A stretch of 64,000 bases of DNA from Nitrosopumilus sp. (GTDB taxonomy: Archaea; Thermoproteota; Nitrososphaeria; Nitrososphaerales; Nitrosopumilaceae): positions 23,014-87,013 of the forward strand of contig JAPFBP010000002.1 in assembly GCA_029250275.1 (NCBI GenBank), read 5' to 3'. The notes below the pieces were generated by a model that did not search any database, had not been told where the DNA came from, and saw nothing but the letters and a program-made list of their open reading frames with translations. Positions 39,153 through 48,443 of the stretch are shown here, in pieces (position 1 is the stretch's first letter; the number at the start of each line of letters is the position of its first letter). The translations under genes were made by a program, and so were the position numbers.

Positions 39153-39461
39153 TTAATCTGCGTTAGATATAATTTTACGATAAGTATGCCCACACAAGTT
39201 ACAAGAAATTCTGATTGACTTGATAGATGCTCTTCCTACTCGAAATCTAGAATTTATTCCAGGCGCAATGAATGATTTACATTTTTTACAAAATACCATA
39301 CTAAGATAATATGGCATTCGAATTTTATGTCTAGTACTAATTCTTCGTGCAAGAAAAGCTTGTCTCTGAGAAAGTTCAGGATTTTCTCTTGCATTAGTAA
39401 TTGCATTTTCAATGAGAATTTGCATTCTCTCCATTGCAATTTTTCTTACAGCCTGTTTCAT
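39153..39461 (-). CDS. rnp4: Ribonuclease P protein component 4 (Rpp21)
   Basis: IAMERMQIL, FCKKCKSFIAPG, CNLCG. Confidence 0.92.
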   Translation of the reverse strand: MKQAVRKIAMERMQILIENAITNARENPELSQRQAFLARRISTRHKIRMPYYLSMVFCKKCKSFIAPGINSRFRVGRASIKSIRISCNLCGHTYRKIISNAD

Positions 39462-39512
39462 AGTATAATCTAAAACTACACCTAAAAATTAGTTCTCATA
39501 AGGATTGAAAAA

Positions 39513-39586
39513 TGCAGTCAGCGGGATTCGAACCCGCGTCACAGGGTTGGAAACCCCGAATACTAACCAGGCTATACTATGACTGC
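39513..39586 (-). tRNA. tRNA-Gly(TCC), intronless, CCA not encoded
   Basis: Minus strand GCAGTCA...TGACTGC acceptor stem, anticodon arm CGGGG-TTTCCAA-CCCTG, T-loop GGTTCGAATCC. Confidence 0.97.
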
Positions 39587-39608
39587 AATAAAATAAAAAT
39601 TTTATTTC

Positions 39609-40277
39609 CTACATAAAAATGGTTTTTTCGTACTCATAGAGCATTCTGGCAACTACAACATGCCCTTCAAATGATTCATCACCAACAGAATAAAGATCTG
39701 TTATTTTGCTTTCAATTAAATCAGAAAAATGTCCCTTTTGAAATCCTCCAACAACAATACATGTATCATCAGTAATTTCTTTTGCAATTTTTTCATATGT
39801 ACTCTTAGCACCTTTTGTAGAAAAACCAAATACTTTTGTTGGATTTATCTCATCAAGTAGTTCAGAAAATGTTTTTTCTTTAATTTCCAATAAAACATCA
39901 TCATTTGTTGTAATTTCTTTTTCTTGATATAATTTTTCTATAACTCCTTCAAATCTATGATATGATTTAGGAATGTGGACATTCTTTCCAAAAGATATTA
40001 CTTTATCATCAAGAGTGTGAACATAAAGTTTCATTTTATTTTGAAGATATAGTGGAATGGTTGTAGCTTCAAGTATTGAAAAATGTACCAGATCGGGTCT
40101 TCCTCTTTTCATTTCATTTTCAATTCCTTTCATAGCTGCAAAATGCCATGAATTATCTAATAGAATTTCTGATGGATATTTTCCAAGTTTTCTTGCATGT
40201 GAAATTACTGACGGGTGATGTTTTAGTTCAGATGGAACTAACTCTAATGAGGATTCAGATAAAATTAAAGAAATCAT
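39609..40277 (-). CDS. nep1: rRNA small-subunit pseudouridine methyltransferase Nep1/Emg1
   Basis: RGRPDLVH, IPKSYHRF.G, VVGGFQKGHF. Confidence 0.93.
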   Translation of the reverse strand: MISLILSESSLELVPSELKHHPSVISHARKLGKYPSEILLDNSWHFAAMKGIENEMKRGRPDLVHFSILEATTIPLYLQNKMKLYVHTLDDKVISFGKNVHIPKSYHRFEGVIEKLYQEKEITTNDDVLLEIKEKTFSELLDEINPTKVFGFSTKGAKSTYEKIAKEITDDTCIVVGGFQKGHFSDLIESKITDLYSVGDESFEGHVVVARMLYEYEKTIFM

Positions 40278-40278
40278 T

Positions 40279-41394
40279 TTAGTTTATTATTTTAATTTGT
40301 TTCTTAAATTCATTCCAACTTGATTTAGGATTGCCATCGTTGTTAATCATACCTGCACTACAAATGTAATGACTTAATCTTTCTACTATATGTTCACTAG
40401 TTCCGAAACCAGAACCTCCAATAGTAAGAGTATCATCTCCAATTATCGGAGCTTCAACTATACAGGTTCCTTCAGGTCGGTCATATTGTCTATACCAAGT
40501 AAAAAATTCTATTTGGGATTCATTTTCAGTGTAAAATTCAAAGGATTTTTTTAGAAATTCTGTTTGTACAGTTTCACTTCCTCCAATAAAATCAGAGGTA
40601 CTCCAACTAATCTCAAAAATTCCCACTTTTTTGTCGCCTGCCAAATCAAATATCTGTTGTAATTCTTCTTTTGCTTGTTGTGGAGTTTTTACAATATCAT
40701 TTAACGTATCAACTGGAGAATATGAAAAAGCAACAAAATCACCAATAGATAATTCTGTTACAATATATCGTAGATTTTTATTTAAAACCTGATCTAATGC
40801 AAATGCATTTCCTATTTTTACATCAGGGTGTTTTGATTTGATTTTATCATATACTCCATTGAATAATTCTTTATAGACAGGGATATTTTGCTCATAAAAT
40901 CTGAATTGTGATTCTGTTTGTCCTGCAAGAATTACAGTATCTATAATATCATACCTTGACAATATTTCATCTAACACACTAACAACTCTATCTTCACCTA
41001 TAGAATTAAGAGGTGGCTTTCCAATCCAATTGGGGAAAGGCCCAAGTGTTTCACCATTAATTATAGAAAAATATAGAGTAACTTTGAGATCATTTTTTTC
41101 ATTCAGACCCATCAAAATATCTGATTGTTGCCAATCAAATTCCCCACGTACTGGTTCAACTAGATTCCAAAAAAGATAGACATTACTTCTTCCAATTCCA
41201 GAATTAGATGCTTGGGAATAAACAGTATCTAATTCTCGTAAGGTAGTTGATTGGTTAGGTGAATTAATTACAAGACCAATTTTTTCATTTGTCTGCTGAG
41301 ATAAAATAGTATTAGTAGAAATACTCAAACCCAATACAATTGTAGCAATGACAACGCCTATGCCTACAACTATGCCTAGTAATTTTTTATCCAT
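40279..41394 (-). CDS. Membrane-anchored hypothetical protein, clan-A glycoside-hydrolase-like TIM barrel
   Basis: N-terminal TM helix; WNLVEPVRGEFDW and IFEISWS resemble GH-A barrels; tentative. Confidence 0.6.
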   Translation of the reverse strand: MDKKLLGIVVGIGVVIATIVLGLSISTNTILSQQTNEKIGLVINSPNQSTTLRELDTVYSQASNSGIGRSNVYLFWNLVEPVRGEFDWQQSDILMGLNEKNDLKVTLYFSIINGETLGPFPNWIGKPPLNSIGEDRVVSVLDEILSRYDIIDTVILAGQTESQFRFYEQNIPVYKELFNGVYDKIKSKHPDVKIGNAFALDQVLNKNLRYIVTELSIGDFVAFSYSPVDTLNDIVKTPQQAKEELQQIFDLAGDKKVGIFEISWSTSDFIGGSETVQTEFLKKSFEFYTENESQIEFFTWYRQYDRPEGTCIVEAPIIGDDTLTIGGSGFGTSEHIVERLSHYICSAGMINNDGNPKSSWNEFKKQIKIIN

Positions 41395-41440
41395 GTAGGT
41401 TCAAAAAGAAATGAAAGTAAAAGAGTTGTGATTCTGTTGA

Positions 41441-44092
41441 TTATCCAGAAGTACAACCACTGTAGCCACATTCAATACACATACTACAACCCTCTACAAA
41501 GACTAGAGTGTTTTTACATGTTGGACATAAACGAGCTTCAGAAACATTTTCTCGTATTTTAGGTTTAATTTGGATTTCATCGTCATGAATTTTTAATGCT
41601 AATGAAGCACCAACTTGGGATTTGATGTATGGATTTGTGATATTTTCATTAACATATGCTGTCATGTACGCACTTGGTGTTACCTCAAATGTCTTTGTTG
41701 CATTCTCACTTGTCATGTGAAGAACTTGTTTGTGTCTTGAACCATCACGATATACAGTCATTCCTTTTAGTCCTATTTCGTGGGCAAGTAGATATGCAGA
41801 TTTAACATCATCGACTGTTACATCATATGGCATGTTGATTGTTTTTGCAATTGCATTTCCAATCCAATCTTGCCATACACCTTGAGCCATTAGATGATCA
41901 GCCCAATGAATATCCATTGCTGTAACAAAGACATCTTGCATCCATTGTGGAATTTCGGCCAATCCTTTCACTGAACCATAGTTGTCTGCAATCTTTTCAA
42001 GAATCTCATCTGAGTAGAGACCTTCTTCTTTGAGGGCATCTTCAAGAATCTTGTTTGTATAGAAGAATCTTCCAACAGTAACTCTCTTTTCAAACACTAA
42101 AGCAAATGCAGGTTCCATCCCGTTTGAACAGTCTGCAATCATAGATAGTGTTCCAGTTGGTGCTACTGTGGTAGTTAAGACATTTCTAATACCATGTTTT
42201 TTGATTTCTTCAATGAGTGACTCCCATTCATATGAATGAGATTCTTTTGATTTCTCATAGTAGCCAGATATTGGAATCTTTCCTTCAGGATATTCTGTCT
42301 TTGCACAAAGTGTGAATTCACCACGAGATCTTGCAAGTGCAACACTTTCTTCCATAGAATAGTATGTTAGGGCTTCAGAGAGTTTTGATTGGAGTTCATA
42401 TCCTTCTTGAGAATTATATGGGATTTTCAATCTGTACAATAAATCAGCTACCCCCATTACTCCAAGTCCAATTCTTCTAGACTCTTTTGAGGCTACACTA
42501 ATTTCTGGTACTGGATAATTATTGACATCAATAATATTATCCAAAAATCTTGTTGTCTTTCTGATAATCTCTTCATATCCTTGCCAGTCAAATTCATAGG
42601 ATCCATCTGCTTGTCTTTTTGCAAGATTTACCAGATTGATAGAACCCAAGTTGCATGATTCGTACGGATAGAGGCTTTGTTCACCACATGGATTTGTAGC
42701 TCTAAGTGGTGCTTTTCTTGCTTTAGCAAATACATTATATTTGTTAATTTGATCAAAGAAGATCAAACCAGGTTCTGCACTCTTCCATGCAGATAATGCA
42801 ATTAGATCAATTAGTTGATGTGCATTGATTTCTTTAACAGGTTTTCTGTCACGTGGACTACGTAAAATATAGTTACCATCAGTAGTGTTAACAAGTGCAT
42901 TCCAAAAGTCTTCCCAGATTCCAACACTTACATTGAAATTTTCTAGAACGCCTGGTTCTGTTTTGTTTGTGATAAATTTTTCAATATCAGGATGCCATGC
43001 TTCAATGATTCCCATGTTTGCACCACGTCTTTTACCACCTTGTTTTACAACTTCAGTTACAGTATTGATGATATTCATGAAAGATACAGGACCAGATGCA
43101 ACACCAGAAGTTGATGCTACAATGTCACCTTCTTCACGAAGATTAGAGTAGTTGATTCCAACTCCACCACCTGATTTGAAGATTAATGCTGCATCAGAAG
43201 TAGTTTTCATAATTTCTTCCATGCCATCATCCATACCAAGTACAAAACATGCTGAAAGTTGTCCTAGTCTTCCACCAGCGTTCATCATAGTTGGTGAATT
43301 TGGTAAGAAATCTTGTCCAGTCATCATTGTAAAGTATTCAGTAATTTTATCTGAATAACTTTCAAGTTTTTTTCCTGCTAGTAATGTCAATAAAACTTTG
43401 AAACTTACTTTCATCTGACCTTTGTTTGCAAGGGTCACATAGTGAGTAATTAAAGATCTAAAATGCCATTTATTAAAGAAATAATCTCCAACTTTGAATT
43501 TATAATCAAAGGCATCTAGTTTTTCAAGATAAGATTTTGCTTCATCTATATCCTGCTTATTATTTCCAGATTTGTCAAAAATTTGTGAATCATATAGCAT
43601 ATCACCAATTCCGACTAGAATTGCAACTCTTTCAAACATTTGAGTTGGTGATTCAATAATCTCACTTTTTCCATTTCTGAAAAGATATCTTGAGGCTAAT
43701 ACTCTCAGGCAGTTCAAATCAAATTTTTTGGAGACTGGATCAAGGGCTTTAAGATTTAAGACCTTCATTTTTTCATCTCTTAATTTTCTTCTTTCATGTC
43801 TGTAAACGATGTATGCTTTTGCAATATCGCTATTGCCGCTATCGATTAAAGTTGATTCTACAATATCTTGAATATCTTCAACTGTAGGTACTCTAGAGCT
43901 TGTAAATCCTTGCTCTACTAACTTGTTAACTACATCTGCTGCAAGTTTGTCGGCTACGCCACGGTCGGCTTTAGAGGTGGCTGCCAATGCCTGAAATATG
44001 GCATTTGAAATTTTATCTTTATTGAAAGCCGTGACTGCGCCACTGCGCTTACGGATCTCATTGATCGTACTTTCTATTTGTGAATTGTCCAT
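41441..44092 (-). CDS. nrdJ: Adenosylcobalamin-dependent (class II) ribonucleotide reductase with N-terminal ATP cone
   Basis: IRKRSG..FNKDKI (ATP cone), FLPNSPT, QLSACFV, ATNPCGEQ, ESCNLGSIN, TVAPTGT, C-terminal C..C...C..CGYSGC. Confidence 0.97.
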   Translation of the reverse strand: MDNSQIESTINEIRKRSGAVTAFNKDKISNAIFQALAATSKADRGVADKLAADVVNKLVEQGFTSSRVPTVEDIQDIVESTLIDSGNSDIAKAYIVYRHERRKLRDEKMKVLNLKALDPVSKKFDLNCLRVLASRYLFRNGKSEIIESPTQMFERVAILVGIGDMLYDSQIFDKSGNNKQDIDEAKSYLEKLDAFDYKFKVGDYFFNKWHFRSLITHYVTLANKGQMKVSFKVLLTLLAGKKLESYSDKITEYFTMMTGQDFLPNSPTMMNAGGRLGQLSACFVLGMDDGMEEIMKTTSDAALIFKSGGGVGINYSNLREEGDIVASTSGVASGPVSFMNIINTVTEVVKQGGKRRGANMGIIEAWHPDIEKFITNKTEPGVLENFNVSVGIWEDFWNALVNTTDGNYILRSPRDRKPVKEINAHQLIDLIALSAWKSAEPGLIFFDQINKYNVFAKARKAPLRATNPCGEQSLYPYESCNLGSINLVNLAKRQADGSYEFDWQGYEEIIRKTTRFLDNIIDVNNYPVPEISVASKESRRIGLGVMGVADLLYRLKIPYNSQEGYELQSKLSEALTYYSMEESVALARSRGEFTLCAKTEYPEGKIPISGYYEKSKESHSYEWESLIEEIKKHGIRNVLTTTVAPTGTLSMIADCSNGMEPAFALVFEKRVTVGRFFYTNKILEDALKEEGLYSDEILEKIADNYGSVKGLAEIPQWMQDVFVTAMDIHWADHLMAQGVWQDWIGNAIAKTINMPYDVTVDDVKSAYLLAHEIGLKGMTVYRDGSRHKQVLHMTSENATKTFEVTPSAYMTAYVNENITNPYIKSQVGASLALKIHDDEIQIKPKIRENVSEARLCPTCKNTLVFVEGCSMCIECGYSGCTSG

Positions 44093-44095
44093 TAT

Positions 44096-44113
44096 AATCT
44101 CCCCGCAGAGATT
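44096..44113 (-). promoter_or_regulatory. Possible hairpin covering the nrdJ Shine-Dalgarno sequence
   Basis: mRNA AAUCUCU-GCGG-GGAGAUU-AUA-AUG; 7-bp stem (1 GU pair) contains GGAG. Confidence 0.35.
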
Positions 44114-44354
44114 AAAATTTTAGATGGTATAAACTATTTGTCGGATTTTCTCAAAACTTTGATTCAATAAAATTGACAATGCTACAATCAACGTTGGAGT
44201 GGTCTCACAAGAGAAATTTTTTATAAATTCATAACGATGATCGTACAAGACTTTTTTCATAACTGATCTGTTAATAGGCAACAATAATCGTTATATCTAA
44301 AATTGATCAAAAAGTTTTAAATAATGATCGGAACTAGGTTTTCATTTACGATTT

Positions 44355-46520
44355 TCAAACAACATAAGGTGACTTGCATTTTGGACACTTGTCATCAAAT
44401 GGTTCATCTTTGAAACCACATTCACCACAAATTGAAGTAGGTCTAACAGGTTTAAACGAAGGTATTAGTTCAGATGTTTTCTCTATTGATTTTTTAATAT
44501 CCTCAACTGTTGCATTTTTATCAATTTGTAATGTAACTAGCAAGCCACCATTAAGTAATTTTGAGAGTTTATTACACTCAGAGATAGGCTCACTTTTTGC
44601 AGTATAATTAGAAACTTCTGAAGCATTAACTACAATGCCTTGAGAATAGAAATCAGTATCCATGGAATTTAGACTGGAATTTTTGCCGTATTTCTCACCA
44701 TCAAGGGTTGCAAAACGGGCAGATCCTTCAGTTTCAGTCATAGAAATAGCCACTGTGTCGCCTAGTTCTTTGCCTTTTTTGGCACTAACGTCTACTGCAG
44801 TTTCAATGACTTTGTAAAGAATATCACGTCCTTCTTTATTATTTTGGAATCCAAGTATGTTAAAAACAGCCTCTTTGAGTCCTACCAAATTTACAACAAG
44901 GGATACAGAACTTCTCTGCATGTATTGTGTATTCTTTGCAAGGATTGGGTTAAGTCCTCTTCGTGTTAGATCTGAGATCGCTTTCTTTCTTAATGCCATA
45001 GAAACCAAAGCTGGTTTCATCAATAAAGCAAGTCTTGCCCTAAAGTAAGTTTCGTCTTTGTTTGATTCAAATGCTAATCTTGGAAGATTGATTGAGACAG
45101 ATTGCAAGATAATTGAAAGAGGGCCAGATACCTTTGTAGAACCATTTGTAATGCCATGACTAGATGTTTGACCTTTAGCAAACATTACTTTTCCACCTAG
45201 GGATAGAATTTCGGCTGCTGCTTGTGATACATCAGTAATCTTTCCTTTATCGATATCAATTATTAAACCAATTTTTGGAATTGGTGTAATCTTTGTATAA
45301 TTTTTGTATGCATTAATAATTGCATTAATTATTTTTGTATCAATTCCTAATTGTAAACGAATTGAAACATTAGTACTATTTTTATTATATTTTGAAGTTG
45401 TTGATGAAATTGCAAACGTATCAGTTAATTTTTGTTCTAGTTCTGGAATAGATTTTGAATGTTTTGCAAATAATGGAACTAACCCATCAAGAACAATTTC
45501 TTGTGAAGCTTCTTTTGAAAGAAGAGCGATAACTACAGATAGTGAACTTGTAATTTCATCTAATTGTTTTGATGTAGACATTCTTGATACATCAAGATAT
45601 TTTCCTCCAAGATCAACACCATCTTCAATTAATTCTTTAATGTTAACAAATATTGTATCAGGAATCATGGACCAAATTCCAGGATTAGAAATGTGTAAGT
45701 CGCCAGAAAGATGCGAGTCTGCTACATCTTTAGGTAAAACGTTTGTAAGAAGGTGTTCAGCAAATACTCTCTGCCCAGCATTAAATAATAATCCCTCAGC
45801 ACCATTATTCACATCGTCTAGATTGGAGATCATCTCTTGAACATCATAAACAGGCATACCTAGGCGTGCAAGTTTGTTCCTATATTCTTCATGTCCATGC
45901 TCAAGCAGGACAGAATTTACCATTTCTCTAATTAATGCACCAGTTAGATAGGTTGTCTGATATTTGTAAATTCTATTTTCAACTTCTTCAGTAATTTTTT
46001 GTGCTAGTTCTAGTGGAAGGCTTCCTTCTCGGACTAGAGATTGAATGATTTTGTGTGAATTAAATTCTTCAATTGATTCAGATGATGTTCTAACATACAT
46101 CTTTCCACTTTCAATAATTGATCTTTCTTCAATTTGTCTTGCTAAACTCAAAACAAGTTTTCCAAGATTAGTAATAGTGTAACGTCTTTCAGATTTATTT
46201 AGTGCAACAAGTGATTGTCTAAGTAATTTTCTCAAGTGATATGCAAATTTTCCACTTTCTTTTTTTGATTTGAAACCAGCCAATGATTTTAATTCAGAAT
46301 AAGTTAATGGGCCTTTAGAATTTAGAATTCTGAGAATATCAATTCTATTAGGACTTGCCATGACAGAAAAGATCATTCTGACACGTTTTGAGGTAGATTG
46401 TAAGATTCCACCTCTCTTTGGATCAGAGTCGTCTAGATCATCATCCGAGTCTAGATCTAATTCAGTATCATCCAAATCAGCATTAATGTCTAGGTCTAAT
46501 TCCTCTTCGGTTTGTTTCAC
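44355..46520 (-). CDS. wHTH + ATP-cone + class III RNR (NrdD)-fold protein lacking catalytic Cys and the glycyl-radical loop
   Basis: ArsR-like wHTH (NRIDILRIL..LTYSEL..FAYHLRKL), ATP cone, NrdD-like HLSGDLHI, SINLPRLA, VGLKEAV, RFATLD, NGG; ends at the zinc ribbon. Confidence 0.85.
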   Translation of the reverse strand: MKQTEEELDLDINADLDDTELDLDSDDDLDDSDPKRGGILQSTSKRVRMIFSVMASPNRIDILRILNSKGPLTYSELKSLAGFKSKKESGKFAYHLRKLLRQSLVALNKSERRYTITNLGKLVLSLARQIEERSIIESGKMYVRTSSESIEEFNSHKIIQSLVREGSLPLELAQKITEEVENRIYKYQTTYLTGALIREMVNSVLLEHGHEEYRNKLARLGMPVYDVQEMISNLDDVNNGAEGLLFNAGQRVFAEHLLTNVLPKDVADSHLSGDLHISNPGIWSMIPDTIFVNIKELIEDGVDLGGKYLDVSRMSTSKQLDEITSSLSVVIALLSKEASQEIVLDGLVPLFAKHSKSIPELEQKLTDTFAISSTTSKYNKNSTNVSIRLQLGIDTKIINAIINAYKNYTKITPIPKIGLIIDIDKGKITDVSQAAAEILSLGGKVMFAKGQTSSHGITNGSTKVSGPLSIILQSVSINLPRLAFESNKDETYFRARLALLMKPALVSMALRKKAISDLTRRGLNPILAKNTQYMQRSSVSLVVNLVGLKEAVFNILGFQNNKEGRDILYKVIETAVDVSAKKGKELGDTVAISMTETEGSARFATLDGEKYGKNSSLNSMDTDFYSQGIVVNASEVSNYTAKSEPISECNKLSKLLNGGLLVTLQIDKNATVEDIKKSIEKTSELIPSFKPVRPTSICGECGFKDEPFDDKCPKCKSPYVV

Positions 46521-46633
46521 TGGTGTTTCTAAATTTAATACAGTAAATAAGACTTGCGACTAGATAATTTATTCATACTTTTGATTTAATGTCTTAAAAA
46601 TAAAAAATAAGATCTAATAAAGATCATTTTTAT

Positions 46634-46795
46634 TTAATTTTCTTGAACATCAAGTGAAAATTCTGATGTAGAAAGTTTCTGTCCACATGATGGACACTTT
46701 CCATTTGTTGGATTTAGTACATCTTTAAGAGATTTTAACATTTTCATGGTTGTGATCTTTTCTCCACATTTACCACATGTAATTTCTACTGACAT
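46634..46795 (-). CDS. 53-aa zinc-ribbon microprotein, not in ORF track
   Basis: Manually translated: MSVEITCGKCGEKITTMKMLKSLKDVLNPTNGKCPSCGQKLSTSEFSLDVQEN. Confidence 0.8.
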   Translation of the reverse strand: MSVEITCGKCGEKITTMKMLKSLKDVLNPTNGKCPSCGQKLSTSEFSLDVQEN

Positions 46796-46865
46796 GAATG
46801 TGATTAGATATACAAAATAATTAAGAAACGATTTTGATTTTTTTTAATGATTCAAGCAAATTATT

Positions 46866-47231
46866 TTACTGTTTTTCAATGATGATTCCGCGTTCATCAA
46901 AACCAGTAATATGGGCTCTTGTTCCAACAGGTAGTTCTGCAGGGGTAGCAATTCTTGCCATGAATCCAGATATTCTTAAATCTGTATTATCTAGTTGAAG
47001 TATAACAAAAGCATATGGAGTGTATTTTTCAAAGCCAGCAGGTGCCACAGTAATTATTGTATAAGTGGCAATTGAGCCTACACCATCTAAAACAACATCC
47101 TCAAATCCCTTGCTACCACATTTTAGACAATAATATGCTGTAGACAAATGAAGATAACCACACTCAGTACATTTGTGAGTTAGAAGCTTACCTTGTTTAG
47201 CATATTCAATAAGTTGTTCTTCGACAGTCAT
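46866..47231 (-). CDS. DUF35 Zn-ribbon/OB-fold protein (thiolase partner); start set at ATG 47231
   Basis: CTECG...YCLKCGS, G.IATYTII..P.GF...PY; starts 1 nt after the thiolase stop. Confidence 0.92.
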   Translation of the reverse strand: MTVEEQLIEYAKQGKLLTHKCTECGYLHLSTAYYCLKCGSKGFEDVVLDGVGSIATYTIITVAPAGFEKYTPYAFVILQLDNTDLRISGFMARIATPAELPVGTRAHITGFDERGIIIEKQ

Positions 47232-47232
47232 T

Positions 47233-48396
47233 TTACACACTTTGGAATATATGAACAGCACAACTTGCACCAGTTGCACCAAAGTTGTGGGTTAAACCAA
47301 TTTTTGCATTTTTAACAGTTCTTGCACCAGCTTTTCCAGTTAATTGATCAAATACTTCTACTACTTGTCCAACTCCTGTTGCACCAATTGGATGTCCTTT
47401 TGATTTAAGACCACCTGATGGATTAATAGAAATGTCAGAATTTAATGCCGTTCTACCTTCACGAACAGCTTGAACACCTTGACCTTTATCAAAGAATCCC
47501 AAATCTTCTGTGTCAATTATTTCTGCAATTGTAAAACAATCATGTACTTCAGCAAAGTCAATATCTTTTGCAGTAATACCTGCCATTTTGTATGCATCTG
47601 CTGCTGCAATCTTTGTACTAGGGATTGTTGTCATGTGTTCACGTCCTTGTAATGCGGCAGGTGAACCACCTCTACCAGAACCAATTACTTCAATATAGTC
47701 ACTACCATTTTCTTTTGCAAATTTTTCAGAACAAAGAATAACAGAACTTGCACCATCAGAGAATGGACAACAATCATAAAGTTTTAGTGGACTTGCAACT
47801 ACTGCAGAATTCATTACATCATCAATAGTAATTTTCTTTTGCATGTGTGCTTTTGGATTTAAAAAACCATTGTTGTGATTTTTTACTGCAACTGCTGCAA
47901 AGTCTTCTTCAGTTGCATCAAACTCTGTCAAGTAAGCTCTTGCCATTGATGCAAACAAACCTGGAAATGATGCACCTGCTTGACCTTCATAGAAAAAATC
48001 AGAACAATATGCAAAGTAAGTTGTAGTCCATTCAGTTCCTGTGTGAGTTACTTTTTCAACACCAGTAACAACTAGACAATCATAAAATCCTGCTGCAACA
48101 TTGGCATATGCTTCTCTAAAAGCTACAGAACCACTTCCACACGCAGACTCTATTGATAATGATGGTTTATCTGGAATTCCTAATCTGCTCATTAAAACAG
48201 GACCAAGATGTACCTGTTTATCAGCAACACCAAAGACGTTTGAAATGTAAGATGCTTTGATATCTTTTGGAGAAATTCCTGCACTTTCTATGGCTGCAAC
48301 TGAAGCCTGAGTAGTAATATCAGCAATACTTTCACTTAATTTTCCATATTTCGTACTACCAGCGCCAAGAACACAAACCTTTTCCACAAATGTCAC
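47233..48396 (-). CDS. Archaeal-type acetyl-CoA acetyltransferase (thiolase)
   Basis: ESACGSGS, GVEK, KNH, DGAS, EVHDCF, NPSGGL.SKGHPIGATG. Confidence 0.95.
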   Translation of the reverse strand: MTFVEKVCVLGAGSTKYGKLSESIADITTQASVAAIESAGISPKDIKASYISNVFGVADKQVHLGPVLMSRLGIPDKPSLSIESACGSGSVAFREAYANVAAGFYDCLVVTGVEKVTHTGTEWTTTYFAYCSDFFYEGQAGASFPGLFASMARAYLTEFDATEEDFAAVAVKNHNNGFLNPKAHMQKKITIDDVMNSAVVASPLKLYDCCPFSDGASSVILCSEKFAKENGSDYIEVIGSGRGGSPAALQGREHMTTIPSTKIAAADAYKMAGITAKDIDFAEVHDCFTIAEIIDTEDLGFFDKGQGVQAVREGRTALNSDISINPSGGLKSKGHPIGATGVGQVVEVFDQLTGKAGARTVKNAKIGLTHNFGATGASCAVHIFQSV

Positions 48397-48443
48397 TGAC
48401 CAATTTCCCTATAAAAATTGTTTTAGTAAATTCATCATAGAAA

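Noticed and set aside
41441-44092. Intein in nrdJ
   Set aside because: No C/S...HN splice junctions or LAGLIDADG motifs; the extra segment after VGIGD looks like an ordinary lineage-specific insertion.
44093-44354. Cobalamin riboswitch upstream of nrdJ
   Set aside because: No B12-box or conserved core recognisable; the region is AT-rich with only a short hairpin.
44355-46520. Functional anaerobic ribonucleoside-triphosphate reductase (nrdD)
   Set aside because: No active-site Cys, no C-terminal glycyl-radical motif, no nrdG nearby, and an extra wHTH; kept as a pseudo-enzyme instead.
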